Assembly: GCA_003553945.1 (NCBI GenBank)
Contig: PWEL01000039.1
Span: 2,571 to 66,570 of the forward strand
DNA: 64,000 bases
Direction: 5' to 3'
Source of the DNA: Mollicutes bacterium
GTDB lineage: Bacteria; Bacillota_I; Bacilli_A; Izemoplasmatales; Izemoplasmataceae
Every line of letters begins with the position of its first letter. Positions within the stretch are counted from its first letter, which is position 1. Under the pieces are notes generated by a model. The model worked only from the letters and a program-made list of their open reading frames with translations. It was not told where the DNA came from and made no database searches. A program made the translations under genes and the position numbers. Below, piece after piece: positions 18,786 through 28,872 of this stretch.

Positions 18786-20873
18786 ATGAAGAATATCTCA
18801 AAATCCATCGACAAGGTGGACGCACATGAGAAGATCGCCGGTGAGACGGCGTATATAAGCGACATCAAACGTGAGGACATGGTCTATGCGATGACGCTCC
18901 GCTCCCCCGTCGCGAGCGGGACCATCAGAAACATCACATTGCCGACGCTTCCCGAAGGCTATGCGGCGGTCGGCCCGGAAGACATCCCGGGCAGGAATCT
19001 GGTCACGATGATCTATGAGGACTGGCCCGTCTTCCCCGAAAAGCGCGTCAATTATATCGGCGAACCGCTGATGCTTCTCCTCGGGCCCGACAAGGAGCGG
19101 CTCGCCTCCCTCCTCGATGCCGTCGAGGTCGACATAGAGGAGGATACGCCGGTGCTCGATTACAGCCATAGCGGCGTGCATCTGCACTATGAAAAGGGCG
19201 ATTCCGACAAGGCATTCGCAGACGCCGACAGGATCATCGAAGAGACCTACACGACCGGCTATCAGGAACAGGCCTACATCGAGCCGCAGGGGTTCGTCGG
19301 CTATATCGAGGATGAGACCTATACGGTCATCGGCTCCATCCAGTGCCCCTATTATGTGCACGAGGCCGTCAAGGTCACTCTGGATGAGACGGACGAGAAC
19401 GTCCGTGTCCTGCAAGCGCCTGTGGGCGGCGCCTTCGGCGGCAAGGAGGAGTTCCCCTCCGTCATGGCCACTCAGCTCGCTGTCGCGCTCAAGAAAATAA
19501 AGCGCCCCATCAAGATGATCTATGAACGCGAAGAGGACATGGTCTCGACGACAAAGCGCCATCCCTCCAAGACCACCATCCGCGCCGCGGTCAAGGACGG
19601 CAGGATCACCGGCATGACCTCGCATATCGGCATCGACGGCGGCGCCTACATCGGCCTTAGCGAGGTCGTCCTCTCAAGAGGCATGCTCGCGGCGACGAAC
19701 GCCTACACGATCGAGCATCTCGATGTCGACGGCGACGTCTATCTGACCAACACCGTCCCCAACGGTGCCTTCAGGGGTTTCGGCGCCCCGCAGATGATCT
19801 ATGCGATCGAGATGTTCATGCATCACGCGGCGAAGGAGCTCGGCGAGGACCCTTTCAGCTTCCGCAAGGCCCACATGGTCAAGCAGGGAGACTGGACCTC
19901 GACCGGCGGCAAGTTCCGCGACCCGATCCTCCTCGATGAGATGATCGAGAAAGCCGCGGACATCTCGGATTATCATAAGAAACGCAAGGCCTATGAAGAC
20001 GAGAATGTCTATAAGGGCATCGGCATGAGCTGGTTCTTTCACGGCTGCGGCTTCACCGGAAGCGGTGAACAGCACATCATCAAATCAAGGGTCGAAGTGG
20101 AGAAAGACGCTCAGGATACCGTCTATATCCATGTCGCCGCGGTCGATATGGGCCAAGGCCCCAAGACGACGCTCAGGAAGATCGTCGCGGATGTTCTGGA
20201 TCTGCCGATCGAACGGGTCATATTCGACTATCCCGACACCCATCGCGTTCCGGATTCCGGCCCCACCGTAGCCAGCCGGACAGCGATGATCGTGGGCGGT
20301 CTGCTCGCCCGCGCCGCAAAGACGCTCAAGGAGACGTGGCGCGAGGGCGAGGCGCAGAAAGTCGAGAAGCGCTACCAGCAGCCCGACTACGTCGAATGGG
20401 ACGGCGAATGCATGAAAGGCGACGCCTATCCCGCATATTCCTGGGGTGTGAATGTCGTCGAGGTCGAAGTCGACAAGCACACCTATGAAATCGATGTGAA
20501 GGACGTCTACAGCGTCTACGACCTAGGCAAGGCGATCGACGAACGCATCGTCCTCGGCCAGGCTGACGGCGGTCAGGCGCAGGGCGTGGCCTATGGCTAT
20601 CTCGAAGTCATGAGCCGTGAGAATGGACGGCTCAAGCAGACGAACATGACCGACTACATCATCCCCACCGCCATGGACATGCCGAAGACGGACAACCACC
20701 TGATCGACAATCCTTATCCCTACGGCCCCTACGGCGCGAAGGGCGGCGGCGAGCTGACGCTCGTCGGCGGCGCCCCCGCTGTGGCGCAGGCCATCGAACA
20801 GGCTGTCGGCCGCAGGGTGCGCGACATACCGGCAACCCCGGAATATCTGATGGAGCTGATTCACAATGGCTGA
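18786..20873 (+). CDS. Xanthine-dehydrogenase-family molybdopterin (large) subunit, set 2
   Basis: 695 aa with GGAFGGKE, GAFRGFGAPQ and C-terminal GGGELT-type motifs. Confidence 0.9.
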   Translation: MKNISKSIDKVDAHEKIAGETAYISDIKREDMVYAMTLRSPVASGTIRNITLPTLPEGYAAVGPEDIPGRNLVTMIYEDWPVFPEKRVNYIGEPLMLLLGPDKERLASLLDAVEVDIEEDTPVLDYSHSGVHLHYEKGDSDKAFADADRIIEETYTTGYQEQAYIEPQGFVGYIEDETYTVIGSIQCPYYVHEAVKVTLDETDENVRVLQAPVGGAFGGKEEFPSVMATQLAVALKKIKRPIKMIYEREEDMVSTTKRHPSKTTIRAAVKDGRITGMTSHIGIDGGAYIGLSEVVLSRGMLAATNAYTIEHLDVDGDVYLTNTVPNGAFRGFGAPQMIYAIEMFMHHAAKELGEDPFSFRKAHMVKQGDWTSTGGKFRDPILLDEMIEKAADISDYHKKRKAYEDENVYKGIGMSWFFHGCGFTGSGEQHIIKSRVEVEKDAQDTVYIHVAAVDMGQGPKTTLRKIVADVLDLPIERVIFDYPDTHRVPDSGPTVASRTAMIVGGLLARAAKTLKETWREGEAQKVEKRYQQPDYVEWDGECMKGDAYPAYSWGVNVVEVEVDKHTYEIDVKDVYSVYDLGKAIDERIVLGQADGGQAQGVAYGYLEVMSRENGRLKQTNMTDYIIPTAMDMPKTDNHLIDNPYPYGPYGAKGGGELTLVGGAPAVAQAIEQAVGRRVRDIPATPEYLMELIHNG

Positions 20874-21339
20874 AGTGACATTCACGCTGAACGGAGAAGA
20901 AGTGACAGTGGACAAGCCCTTGAACATGCGCTTCCTCGACGTCCTTAGAACGACCTTGGACCTCACCGGAGCCAAGGAAGGCTGCGGCGAGGGTGAATGC
21001 GGCGCGTGCGCCGTTCTGCTGGATGGGCGCATCGTCGATACCTGCATACTCCCCCTCGCGAGCGTCGCGGGAAGAGACATTGTCACAATCGAAGGCTACC
21101 GGACGACTGAACGCTTCCAGGTGCTCCAGAACGCATTCGTCAAGGAAGGCGCGGTACAATGCGGCATCTGCATCCCCGGCATGATCATCGCCGCCGAGAG
21201 TCTGCTGAGTGAAAATCCCGATCCTAGTGACGACGCGATCCGCACAGCGCTCTCGGGCAATCTCTGCCGCTGCACCGGCTATAACATGATCATCGCGGCG
21301 ATCCGCCGCGCGGCGAAGGAAGGTGAAGGATTGTGGTGA
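20866..21339 (+). CDS. Xanthine-dehydrogenase-family [2Fe-2S] (small) subunit, set 2
   Basis: Motifs [16 protein letters not shown] and NLCRCTGY. Confidence 0.9.
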   Translation: MAEVTFTLNGEEVTVDKPLNMRFLDVLRTTLDLTGAKEGCGEGECGACAVLLDGRIVDTCILPLASVAGRDIVTIEGYRTTERFQVLQNAFVKEGAVQCGICIPGMIIAAESLLSENPDPSDDAIRTALSGNLCRCTGYNMIIAAIRRAAKEGEGLW

Positions 21340-22169
21340 ATAAGATCCCCGAATCTCTCAACGAGGCGCTGCAATATCTGAAAGAGGGGACCTACGACGT
21401 CCTCGCCGGCGGCACGGACATCATGCTCAAGAACCGCGGCTACGCGGAAGCGCCCGTCCCCTTCAAAAAGAACATGCTCTATATCTTCAATCTCGATGAA
21501 CTGCGCTACATCGCGACCCACGACGAGCATATCGCCATCGGTGCCGTGACAAGCTATGCCAGCATGCTCAGACATCCGGACGTCCCGGACATCCTCAAGC
21601 GCTCGATCAGACAGATCGCCGGACCGGCGCTCCGGCACGTCGCGACCCTCGCCGGCAACATCGGCAACGCCTCGCCTTCGGCGGACGGCGTTCTCGTCCT
21701 CTATCTGCTCGACGCCCGTATCATCCTCGCGAGCGCCGATGGAGAGCGCGAGGTCCCCATCGAAGACGTGATCACAGGGCCGGGAAAGCACACGATACGC
21801 CCGGAGGAGATGATCAAGGAGATCCGCCTGCCGAGGCGGACGTTCTCGAACACCTTTTTCAAGAAGGTCGGCGCCCGCAAGGCCGATGCGATCTCGAAGA
21901 CGTCCCTCGCCGGCGCCGCACGTCTCCATGACAACGTCGTCGAGGAGCTGCGCATCGCCATCGGCGCGGTGAATGTGACCGTCGTCCGCGACCGATCAAT
22001 CGAAGCGTCCTTCAAGGGCCTTACTCTTGAAGACCTGAAAGCCCGTGTCGATGAGGTCGCCGCAGCTTATGATTCCCTGATAAGACCCATCGACGACCAA
22101 CGCTCGAACGCCCGTTATCGCAAGCAGGTCTCGTTCAATCTGATCGAGGCATTCATAAGACAGCTCTAG
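21333..22169 (+). CDS. Xanthine-dehydrogenase-family FAD-binding (medium) subunit, set 2
   Basis: Canonical LAGGTDIM motif and a CO-dehydrogenase flavoprotein C-terminal-like tail. Confidence 0.8.
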   Translation: MVNKIPESLNEALQYLKEGTYDVLAGGTDIMLKNRGYAEAPVPFKKNMLYIFNLDELRYIATHDEHIAIGAVTSYASMLRHPDVPDILKRSIRQIAGPALRHVATLAGNIGNASPSADGVLVLYLLDARIILASADGEREVPIEDVITGPGKHTIRPEEMIKEIRLPRRTFSNTFFKKVGARKADAISKTSLAGAARLHDNVVEELRIAIGAVNVTVVRDRSIEASFKGLTLEDLKARVDEVAAAYDSLIRPIDDQRSNARYRKQVSFNLIEAFIRQL

Positions 22170-22182
22170 GGAGGCAGATACC

Positions 22183-23895
22183 ATGCAAGCAGCGCATAAG
22201 ATGGCTGTGGCCCGGGGGAAGAAGCCCGCGCAGAAAGTCATCAGGAACGCCCGCATCATCAATGTGTTCACAAGGGAGATCGAAGAAGGCGACATCGCCA
22301 TCGAGGACGGCATCATCATGGGCATCGGTTCCTATGAAGGCAGGGAGGAGACCGACCTCGAGGGCAGCTACGTCGCCCCCGGCTTCATCGACGGACATGT
22401 CCACATCGAATCCTCCATGGTATCGCCGGGCCAGTTCGCCAATGTCATCCTCCCCAAAGGGACGACGACGATCATCGCCGACCCGCATGAGATCGCCAAT
22501 GTATGCGGCGGCGAAGGCATCCGCTACATGATCGAGAGCAGCGATGCCTCTCCGCTCGATGTGTTCATGATGATCCCTTCAAGCGTCCCGGCGACGCCCC
22601 ATGAGACAGCCGGCGCCACCATCACGCCGGCCGATGTCGACATGCTTTCAAGGGAAAAGAACGTCCTCGGCCTCGGGGAGGTCATGAACTATCCCGGTGT
22701 GATTGAAGCGGAAGAGGACATCCACGAAAAGCTCCGCATCATGAAGGGGAAAGTCATCGACGGCCATGCGCCATCGCTTCTCGGTGCCGACCTGGAGGCC
22801 TATATCGCCGCGGGGGTCATGACGGACCATGAATGCAGCACGGTCGAAGAGATGCTCGCGCGCATCCGCCGCGGCATGTATGTGCACCTCCGCGAAGGGT
22901 CGGCGACGCGCAATGTGAAACCTCTGCTTGAAGGCGTCGATGAACAGAACGCCAGAAGGCTCCTCTTCTGTACGGATGACAAGCACCCCGAGGACATCCG
23001 CCTCGAAGGCCAGATCAACTATAATATCAATCTCGCGATCGACGCCGGCATGTCACCGTTGCTTGCGATCCAGATGGCGACCCTCAACGCCGCCGAATGC
23101 TACAGGCTCGAAGGCTACGGCGGCATCGCCCCCGGCTATGCCGCGGACCTTGTCGTCTTCGACAGCCTCGAGAGGATCGAGCCGCGCCTCGTCTTCAAGA
23201 AGGGCGAGAAGGTCGCCGAGGACGGCGCTCCCCTGAAAAGGGCCGCTGATGTCGAGAACAGCGCTGTGCTCGACACGGTGAACATCGACCCCGGCGCGGT
23301 CGATCTGGACTTGAAACTCTCGACACCGCACGTCAAGGTCATCGGACTCGTCGATAAGAACATCACCACCCGGGCGCTAGAGCGCGATGTGCGCGTAGAG
23401 AATGGCCGTTACGTCAACGACCCCGGCGATGACATCCTGAAGCTCGCCGTCGTCGAACGCCATCGGGGCACGAACGGCGCCGGCGTCGGATTGGTCGAGG
23501 GGTTCGGCATCAAAAACGGCGCCATCGCGATGACCATCGCCCATGACTCCCATAATCTCGTCATCGTCGGCGACACCGACCGCGACATGCGCCTCGCGAT
23601 GGAGACCATCACGGATATCGGCGGCGGTATCGTCCTCGTGAAGGACGGCCGTGTCGATGAAACCCTGCCGCTCGAGGTCGGCGGCATCATGAGCAAGCGG
23701 TCCGCCTCCGACGTGGCAAGCACGCTCGAATCGATGAAGAAGACGATCCGCGGCATGGGTCTGAATGAGCGTATCGACGACCCCTTCATCTCTCTGGCGT
23801 TCTTGTCGTTGCCGGTGATCCCCGATCTGAAACTGACCGACAAGGGCCTCTTCGATGTACGCACCTTCGAACTCGTCCCCATAGAAAACGACTGA
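22183..23895 (+). CDS. ade: Adenine deaminase
   Basis: GFIDGHVHIESSM motif, ~570 aa with the two-domain architecture typical of Ade. RBS GGGAGG. Confidence 0.85.
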   Translation: MQAAHKMAVARGKKPAQKVIRNARIINVFTREIEEGDIAIEDGIIMGIGSYEGREETDLEGSYVAPGFIDGHVHIESSMVSPGQFANVILPKGTTTIIADPHEIANVCGGEGIRYMIESSDASPLDVFMMIPSSVPATPHETAGATITPADVDMLSREKNVLGLGEVMNYPGVIEAEEDIHEKLRIMKGKVIDGHAPSLLGADLEAYIAAGVMTDHECSTVEEMLARIRRGMYVHLREGSATRNVKPLLEGVDEQNARRLLFCTDDKHPEDIRLEGQINYNINLAIDAGMSPLLAIQMATLNAAECYRLEGYGGIAPGYAADLVVFDSLERIEPRLVFKKGEKVAEDGAPLKRAADVENSAVLDTVNIDPGAVDLDLKLSTPHVKVIGLVDKNITTRALERDVRVENGRYVNDPGDDILKLAVVERHRGTNGAGVGLVEGFGIKNGAIAMTIAHDSHNLVIVGDTDRDMRLAMETITDIGGGIVLVKDGRVDETLPLEVGGIMSKRSASDVASTLESMKKTIRGMGLNERIDDPFISLAFLSLPVIPDLKLTDKGLFDVRTFELVPIEND

Positions 23896-23903
23896 CGGAA
23901 AGA

Positions 23904-25151
23904 GTGATAATATTGGACTACATCAAGCACTACCGCTGCACCTTGTGTGAAACCGCCTACCCACCCCCGGTGGATTTCTACACCTGCCCGACGTGCGGCG
24001 AGCAAGGCATACTGGATATCGAATATGACTATGACGCGCTCCGCTCCATAGTGGACAGAGCGTATTTCGCAAGGGAGACAGAACGTTCCATGTGGCGTTA
24101 TTATCCCTTGATGAGCGTCAAGGACAAGAACACGCGGTCGCTTGCCGTCGGATGGACGCCGCTTTATCCGACGAACCGCCTGCACGCATCGATCGGCATT
24201 GAAAGCCTCTATATCAAGGATGAAGGCGCCAACCCCACGGGGTCGCTCAAGGACCGGGCCTCGGCGGTGGCGGTCCTTAAAGCGATCGAGACCGGCAATA
24301 CGACCGTCGCGGCATCCTCGACCGGCAACGCCGCCTCGAGCCTCGCCGGCAACGCCGCGCGGCTGGGGCTTAAGAGCGTCATCTTCGTCCCGAAACGGGC
24401 GCCGAAGGGCAAGCTCGCACAGCTATTGGCCTACGGCGCGCGTGTCATCAGCGTCGAGGGAGACTACAAGGCTGCCTTCACCCTCTCCAAGGCCGCGATC
24501 GACCATTACGGGTGGTATAACCGCAACGCGGCGATCAACCCGCACATGGTCGAGGGCAAGAAGACCGTCGCTTATGAAATCGCCGAGCAGCTGGGTTTCA
24601 CCCTGCCCGACTGGGTCGTTGTCAGTGTCGGCGACGGCTGCACAATCGCCGGTCTTTACAAGGGATTCTACGACCTCAAGGCGCTCGGTATCACCGGCCG
24701 CATCCCGAAGATCCTCGGTGTGCAGAGCGAAGGCTGCGCGCCCTTTATTGAAGCGGCAAGAAAAAACTGCGGATTAGAGGAGAGCAATGAAGACACCATC
24801 GCCGACAGTATCGCCGTCGGCATCCCCCGTAATCCAGTGAAGGCCTTGAACGCCGTCAGATATTCACGCGGCGCCTGGGTCACAGTGAGCGACGAGGCCA
24901 TACTGAAGGCGATCACGACGCTCGGAAGCCAGGAAGGCGTCTTCGCCGAACCCGCCGCCGCCGCGTCCCTAGCGGGCGCGGAAGCGGCCTTGAAACAAGG
25001 CATCATCGATAAAGCGGACACCGCCGTGCTGATCAACACCGGCAACGGCTTGAAGGATACACAGTCCGTCCAGGACTATCTGAAAGGTCCGGTGAGGCTT
25101 AAGCCCGACCTGGACGCATTGATCGACTATATAGACCACGAGGAGGCATAA
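23904..25151 (+). CDS. Threonine-synthase-like fold-type II PLP enzyme with an N-terminal Cys4 zinc ribbon
   Basis: CTLC...x13...CPTC ribbon, PLP-lysine motif GSLKDRAS, and a glycine-rich loop. GTG start. Confidence 0.7.
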   Translation: MIILDYIKHYRCTLCETAYPPPVDFYTCPTCGEQGILDIEYDYDALRSIVDRAYFARETERSMWRYYPLMSVKDKNTRSLAVGWTPLYPTNRLHASIGIESLYIKDEGANPTGSLKDRASAVAVLKAIETGNTTVAASSTGNAASSLAGNAARLGLKSVIFVPKRAPKGKLAQLLAYGARVISVEGDYKAAFTLSKAAIDHYGWYNRNAAINPHMVEGKKTVAYEIAEQLGFTLPDWVVVSVGDGCTIAGLYKGFYDLKALGITGRIPKILGVQSEGCAPFIEAARKNCGLEESNEDTIADSIAVGIPRNPVKALNAVRYSRGAWVTVSDEAILKAITTLGSQEGVFAEPAAAASLAGAEAALKQGIIDKADTAVLINTGNGLKDTQSVQDYLKGPVRLKPDLDALIDYIDHEEA

Positions 25152-25152
25152 C

Positions 25153-26511
25153 ATGAAAAACATTCCCTTCGGGCCCACCTATGAAGAGATGTTGCATCCG
25201 GAGAAGATAGACAAGGATATCCGCGAGAAGGCATTGCAAGCGAAAGAAGACGAATTCGACGCCTACAACCTCTTCAACATCACGTGGAAGAAGCCCGACA
25301 ACACTGTCAACAAGATCGTCCTGCCCAAGGCGCTGACCGGGGTCGAGGCCAACATCGTCGTCCTGCTCGGAAAGGATTTCCCGAGCGGTTCGCATAAAGT
25401 CGGCCCCGCCTATTCGACATTGATTGAAGGCGCTGTCGACGGGGATGTCGTCCCGGGCACGCACAGGATTCTCGGGCCATCCACCGGCAACTTCGGCATC
25501 GGCGTCTCCTACATCTGCAATCTCATGGGCTATGACGCCACCGTCATCATGCCCGACAACATGAGCAAGGAACGCTATGACCGCATCCAGCACTACGGCG
25601 CCGACCTCGACCTCACCCCCGGCACCGAATCCGATGTGATCCTGACGCTCGAGAAGACGTTCAAGCTCGCCAAGGAGGAGAACAACGTCTCGCTCGCGCA
25701 GTTCGAGCTCCTGCCGAACTACCGCTTCCATCGCTACGTGACCGGAAAAAGCGCCATCGAGGCCGTGAAAGGCATCGGTAACGAGCGCATATCACTGTTC
25801 ACATCCGCACCGGGAAGCGCCGGCACCATCGGCGCGGGCGATGAGATCAAGGCCGCCTTTCCTGAAGCGAAAGTCACAGCGCTCGAGCCGTATGAATGTT
25901 CGACGCTCACCGACGGCGGACGCGGCCAGCACCGGATCGAAGGCATCGGCGACAAGATGTGCACGCTCATCCATAACGTGCTCACGACCGACTTCATCAC
26001 GCTGATCCCCGATGACGATGCGGTGCGCGGCCTCAAGATCATCCAGGACGGCACCGACGTGCTCGTCGAGATGGGCCTCGAGAAAAGCGAGGCCGAGGCG
26101 CTCAGGGATATCTTCGGCGTCTCGACCATCTGCAACATCCTCGGCGCGATCAAGATGGCCAAGCATCTCAAGCTCGGCCCCGAGGAGAACGTCGTCACCG
26201 TCGCGACCGATAGCTTCGACCGCTACGACAGCGTCATCGAGGACCTCGAGAACCGCTACCTCGAGACGGAGGACTATGTCCTGCGCCGCTGGTTCAAGGA
26301 CATCTTCCTGCGCGCCGACACCTCGGACATCACAGACTTCAGAAGCAGCGAACGCAAGGAACAGCTCTTCAAGCAAAAAGAGAAGGACTGGCTCAAGTTC
26401 GGCTATTCCAAGGCGTATCTCGACGCCATGCGCGAGATGAAGTTCTGGGATGCGGAGTATGAAAAAGTCTTCGACTACAACGAACTGATCGCCAAATACA
26501 GAAAACAATAA
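25153..26511 (+). CDS. Fold-type II (Trp-synthase-beta/cysteine-synthase-like) PLP enzyme with a ~100-aa C-terminal extension
   Basis: GSHKVGPAY (candidate PLP lysine) and [18 protein letters not shown]. Confidence 0.65.
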   Translation: MKNIPFGPTYEEMLHPEKIDKDIREKALQAKEDEFDAYNLFNITWKKPDNTVNKIVLPKALTGVEANIVVLLGKDFPSGSHKVGPAYSTLIEGAVDGDVVPGTHRILGPSTGNFGIGVSYICNLMGYDATVIMPDNMSKERYDRIQHYGADLDLTPGTESDVILTLEKTFKLAKEENNVSLAQFELLPNYRFHRYVTGKSAIEAVKGIGNERISLFTSAPGSAGTIGAGDEIKAAFPEAKVTALEPYECSTLTDGGRGQHRIEGIGDKMCTLIHNVLTTDFITLIPDDDAVRGLKIIQDGTDVLVEMGLEKSEAEALRDIFGVSTICNILGAIKMAKHLKLGPEENVVTVATDSFDRYDSVIEDLENRYLETEDYVLRRWFKDIFLRADTSDITDFRSSERKEQLFKQKEKDWLKFGYSKAYLDAMREMKFWDAEYEKVFDYNELIAKYRKQ

Positions 26512-26528
26512 TCCCTAGGAGGTTTATT

Positions 26529-27731
26529 ATGGATATTCCATTCGACGACATTCTCAAACAGGCAGAAGCCTATGAAAAAGACATGGTCAAGTTCCTGCGC
26601 GATATGGTGCGTCTTCCCAGCGAAAGCACCGAGGAGGGCGACGTCATCGCGCGCATCAAGGAAGAGATGGAGAAAGTCGGTTTCGATTCCATCTCCATCG
26701 ACAAGATGGGCAACATCCACGGCCGCATCGGAAACGGCGAGCGTCTCATCGCCATGGACGCCCACATCGACACGGTCGGTGTCGGCGAGATCGAGAACTG
26801 GGACTTCGACCCTTATGAAGGGTTCGAGGACGACACCTACATCGGCGGCCGCGGCACGAGCGACCAGGAGGGCGGCATGGCCTCGATGGTCTATGCCGGA
26901 AAGATCATCAAGGACCTCGGCCTCGAGGACGACTACACGCTCTTGATCACCGGCACGGTCCAGGAGGAGGACTGCGACGGACTCCCCTGGGTCTACATCA
27001 TCGAGGAACTCGACATCCGGCCCGAATTCGTCGTCATCACCGAACCGACCTCGCTCAATATCTACCGCGGACAGCGCGGCCGCATGGAGATCAAGGTCTC
27101 CACGCACGGCGTGAGCTGTCACGGCAGCGCGCCGGAGCGCGGCGAGAACGCCATATTCAAGATGGGTCCGATCCTGAACGACTTGCAGGAACTCGCAAAG
27201 AACCTGCATGAGGATCCGTTCCTCGGCAAGGGAACCCTCACCGTCAGCGAGATCTTCTCCAAATCGCCCTCGCGCTGCGCCGTCGCCGACGGCTGCAGCA
27301 TCTCCATCGACCGCCGTCTGACACACGGCGAGACGCACACCGGCGCGATCGAGGAGATCGAGAACCTGCCCTCGGTCAAGCAAGCGGGCGCCACCGTCGA
27401 GATGTATGAATACAAGGAGGCATCCTACACCGGCCTCGTCTACCCCACCAAGGCCTATTTCCCGAGCTGGCTCATCGACGAGGACCATGTGGCGACACAG
27501 ACGCTCGTCGAGACCTACAAGGACCTCTTCAAGGAGGAGCCGCTTGTCGACCGCTGGACGTTCTCGACGAACGGCGTCTCCATCATGGGACGCTACGGGA
27601 TCCCCTGCGTCGGCTTCGGCCCCGGGCACGAAATCGAGGCGCACGCCCCGAATGAAAAGACCGAAAAGGACCACCTCGTCAAGGCGGCCGCCATGTACGC
27701 CGCCATCCCGAAGATGTATCTAAACCAATAA
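26529..27731 (+). CDS. ygeY: YgeY-family M20 metallo-hydrolase
   Basis: Long stretches match E. coli YgeY as I recall it ([51 protein letters not shown]). Confidence 0.85.
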   Translation: MDIPFDDILKQAEAYEKDMVKFLRDMVRLPSESTEEGDVIARIKEEMEKVGFDSISIDKMGNIHGRIGNGERLIAMDAHIDTVGVGEIENWDFDPYEGFEDDTYIGGRGTSDQEGGMASMVYAGKIIKDLGLEDDYTLLITGTVQEEDCDGLPWVYIIEELDIRPEFVVITEPTSLNIYRGQRGRMEIKVSTHGVSCHGSAPERGENAIFKMGPILNDLQELAKNLHEDPFLGKGTLTVSEIFSKSPSRCAVADGCSISIDRRLTHGETHTGAIEEIENLPSVKQAGATVEMYEYKEASYTGLVYPTKAYFPSWLIDEDHVATQTLVETYKDLFKEEPLVDRWTFSTNGVSIMGRYGIPCVGFGPGHEIEAHAPNEKTEKDHLVKAAAMYAAIPKMYLNQ

Positions 27732-27744
27732 AAGGAGAATGCAC

Positions 27745-28728
27745 ATGAAACCCCTCTACAAAGGAAAACATTTCGTCACATTGCAAGAATGGGACCGCGG
27801 GGAGATCGAGAAGCTCCTCGAAGTCTCTTATGAACTCAAGAAGAAATTCCATGCCAACGAGGTCACGGACCTGCTCAAGAACAAGACCTCGTTCCTCATG
27901 TTCTTCGAACAATCCACCCGCACCCGCAACTCCATGGAGGCCGGGATCGCCCAGATGGGCGGCCACGCCAACTTCCTAGACACCTCCACCATGCAGATAT
28001 CGCACGGCGAGACCGGCAAGGACACCGCCATCATCCTCTCTAGCTACGGCCACGCCATCGCCTGCCGAAACTGTTTCTGGGGCGAGGGCAACGCCTTCAT
28101 CCGTGAAATGGCCGAGAATGCCAGCGTGCCGGTCATGAATCTGCAGTGCGACCTCTATCATCCCATGCAGGGCCTTGCGGACCTGATGACCGTCAAGGAG
28201 GTCAAGGGCGAGAGGGAGAACCTCAAGCTCTCCATCATATGGGCCTACGCGACAAGCCATAAGAAACCCATCAGCGTGCCGCTCACCCAGTCGCTCCTCT
28301 TCCCCCGTTTCGGCTACGATGTCGTGCTCGCGCATCCCGAAGGCTATGAGCTCCCCGAGTGGGTCATCGAGCAGGCGAAAAAGAACGCCGAGGCCGCAGG
28401 CGGCACCTTCACCGTGACCAACGACATGGACGAAGCCTACAGGGACGCGGACGTCGTCATTCCCAAGAACTGGGGAAGCTGGGCGTCGAATCAGAGTGAC
28501 GACGTCATCGACGAGGTGCTCGAGGCCAACCGCCACTGGAAGTGCACCGAAGAGAAGATGGCGCTTGCGAAGGACGATGTCTCCTACATGCACGCCCTCC
28601 CCGCCGACCGCGGCAACGAGGTCGAGGACAGCGTCATCGACGGGCGGCGCTCCGTCGTGTATCAGGAGGCCGAGAACCGACTGCACACAGCCAAGGCTGT
28701 CATGGCGATGACCATGGGGGACAAATAG
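27745..28728 (+). CDS. ygeW: YgeW-type (knotted) carbamoyltransferase
   Basis: STRTR carbamoyl-phosphate motif. QISHGET, NLQCDLYHPMQGLADL, WAYATSHKKPISVP, LAHPEGYEL and YMHALPAD resemble YgeW. The second ATG (27745) has better spacing from AAGGAGA. Confidence 0.75.
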   Translation: MKPLYKGKHFVTLQEWDRGEIEKLLEVSYELKKKFHANEVTDLLKNKTSFLMFFEQSTRTRNSMEAGIAQMGGHANFLDTSTMQISHGETGKDTAIILSSYGHAIACRNCFWGEGNAFIREMAENASVPVMNLQCDLYHPMQGLADLMTVKEVKGERENLKLSIIWAYATSHKKPISVPLTQSLLFPRFGYDVVLAHPEGYELPEWVIEQAKKNAEAAGGTFTVTNDMDEAYRDADVVIPKNWGSWASNQSDDVIDEVLEANRHWKCTEEKMALAKDDVSYMHALPADRGNEVEDSVIDGRRSVVYQEAENRLHTAKAVMAMTMGDK

Positions 28729-28767
28729 GCACCCTCTCGGACGCCCTCATTATTCTGCATAATTCAC

Positions 28768-28796
28768 TTGGACTTTCAAAATAAACGTGGTAGAAT
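28768..28796 (+). promoter_or_regulatory. Putative extended -10 sigma-A promoter of acidic lipoprotein gene A
   Basis: TTGGAC (28768-28773), a 17-nt spacer ending in TGG, then TAGAAT (28791-28796). Confidence 0.5.
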
Positions 28797-28828
28797 TAAA
28801 TAAAACAGGGGCGACCCCCGCAAAAAGA

Positions 28829-28872
28829 CTCCGGCTCAAAAGAGCCTCGCGCGTTTTCGGCCGGAGTTTTTT
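28829..28872 (+). promoter_or_regulatory. Terminator-like hairpin + T6 in the leader of lipoprotein gene A
   Basis: CTCCGGC (28829-28835) pairs with GCCGGAG (28860-28866), followed by TTTTTT, then A8 and the RBS. Confidence 0.35.

Noticed and set aside
10789-20873. Selenocysteine (in-frame TGA) recoding in the molybdenum hydroxylase large subunits.
   Set aside because: Both large-subunit ORFs are uninterrupted and of normal length. Selenium in this enzyme class is a labile cofactor ligand, not Sec.
15084-27731. Interpreting PreA-like + hydantoinase + M20 hydrolase as a reductive pyrimidine (uracil/thymine) degradation pathway.
   Set aside because: This cannot be excluded without searches. 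However, the M20 enzyme matches YgeY very closely, and the set co-occurs with SsnA, YgeW, adenine deaminase and two XDH-family enzymes, which together fit the purine-type cluster better.
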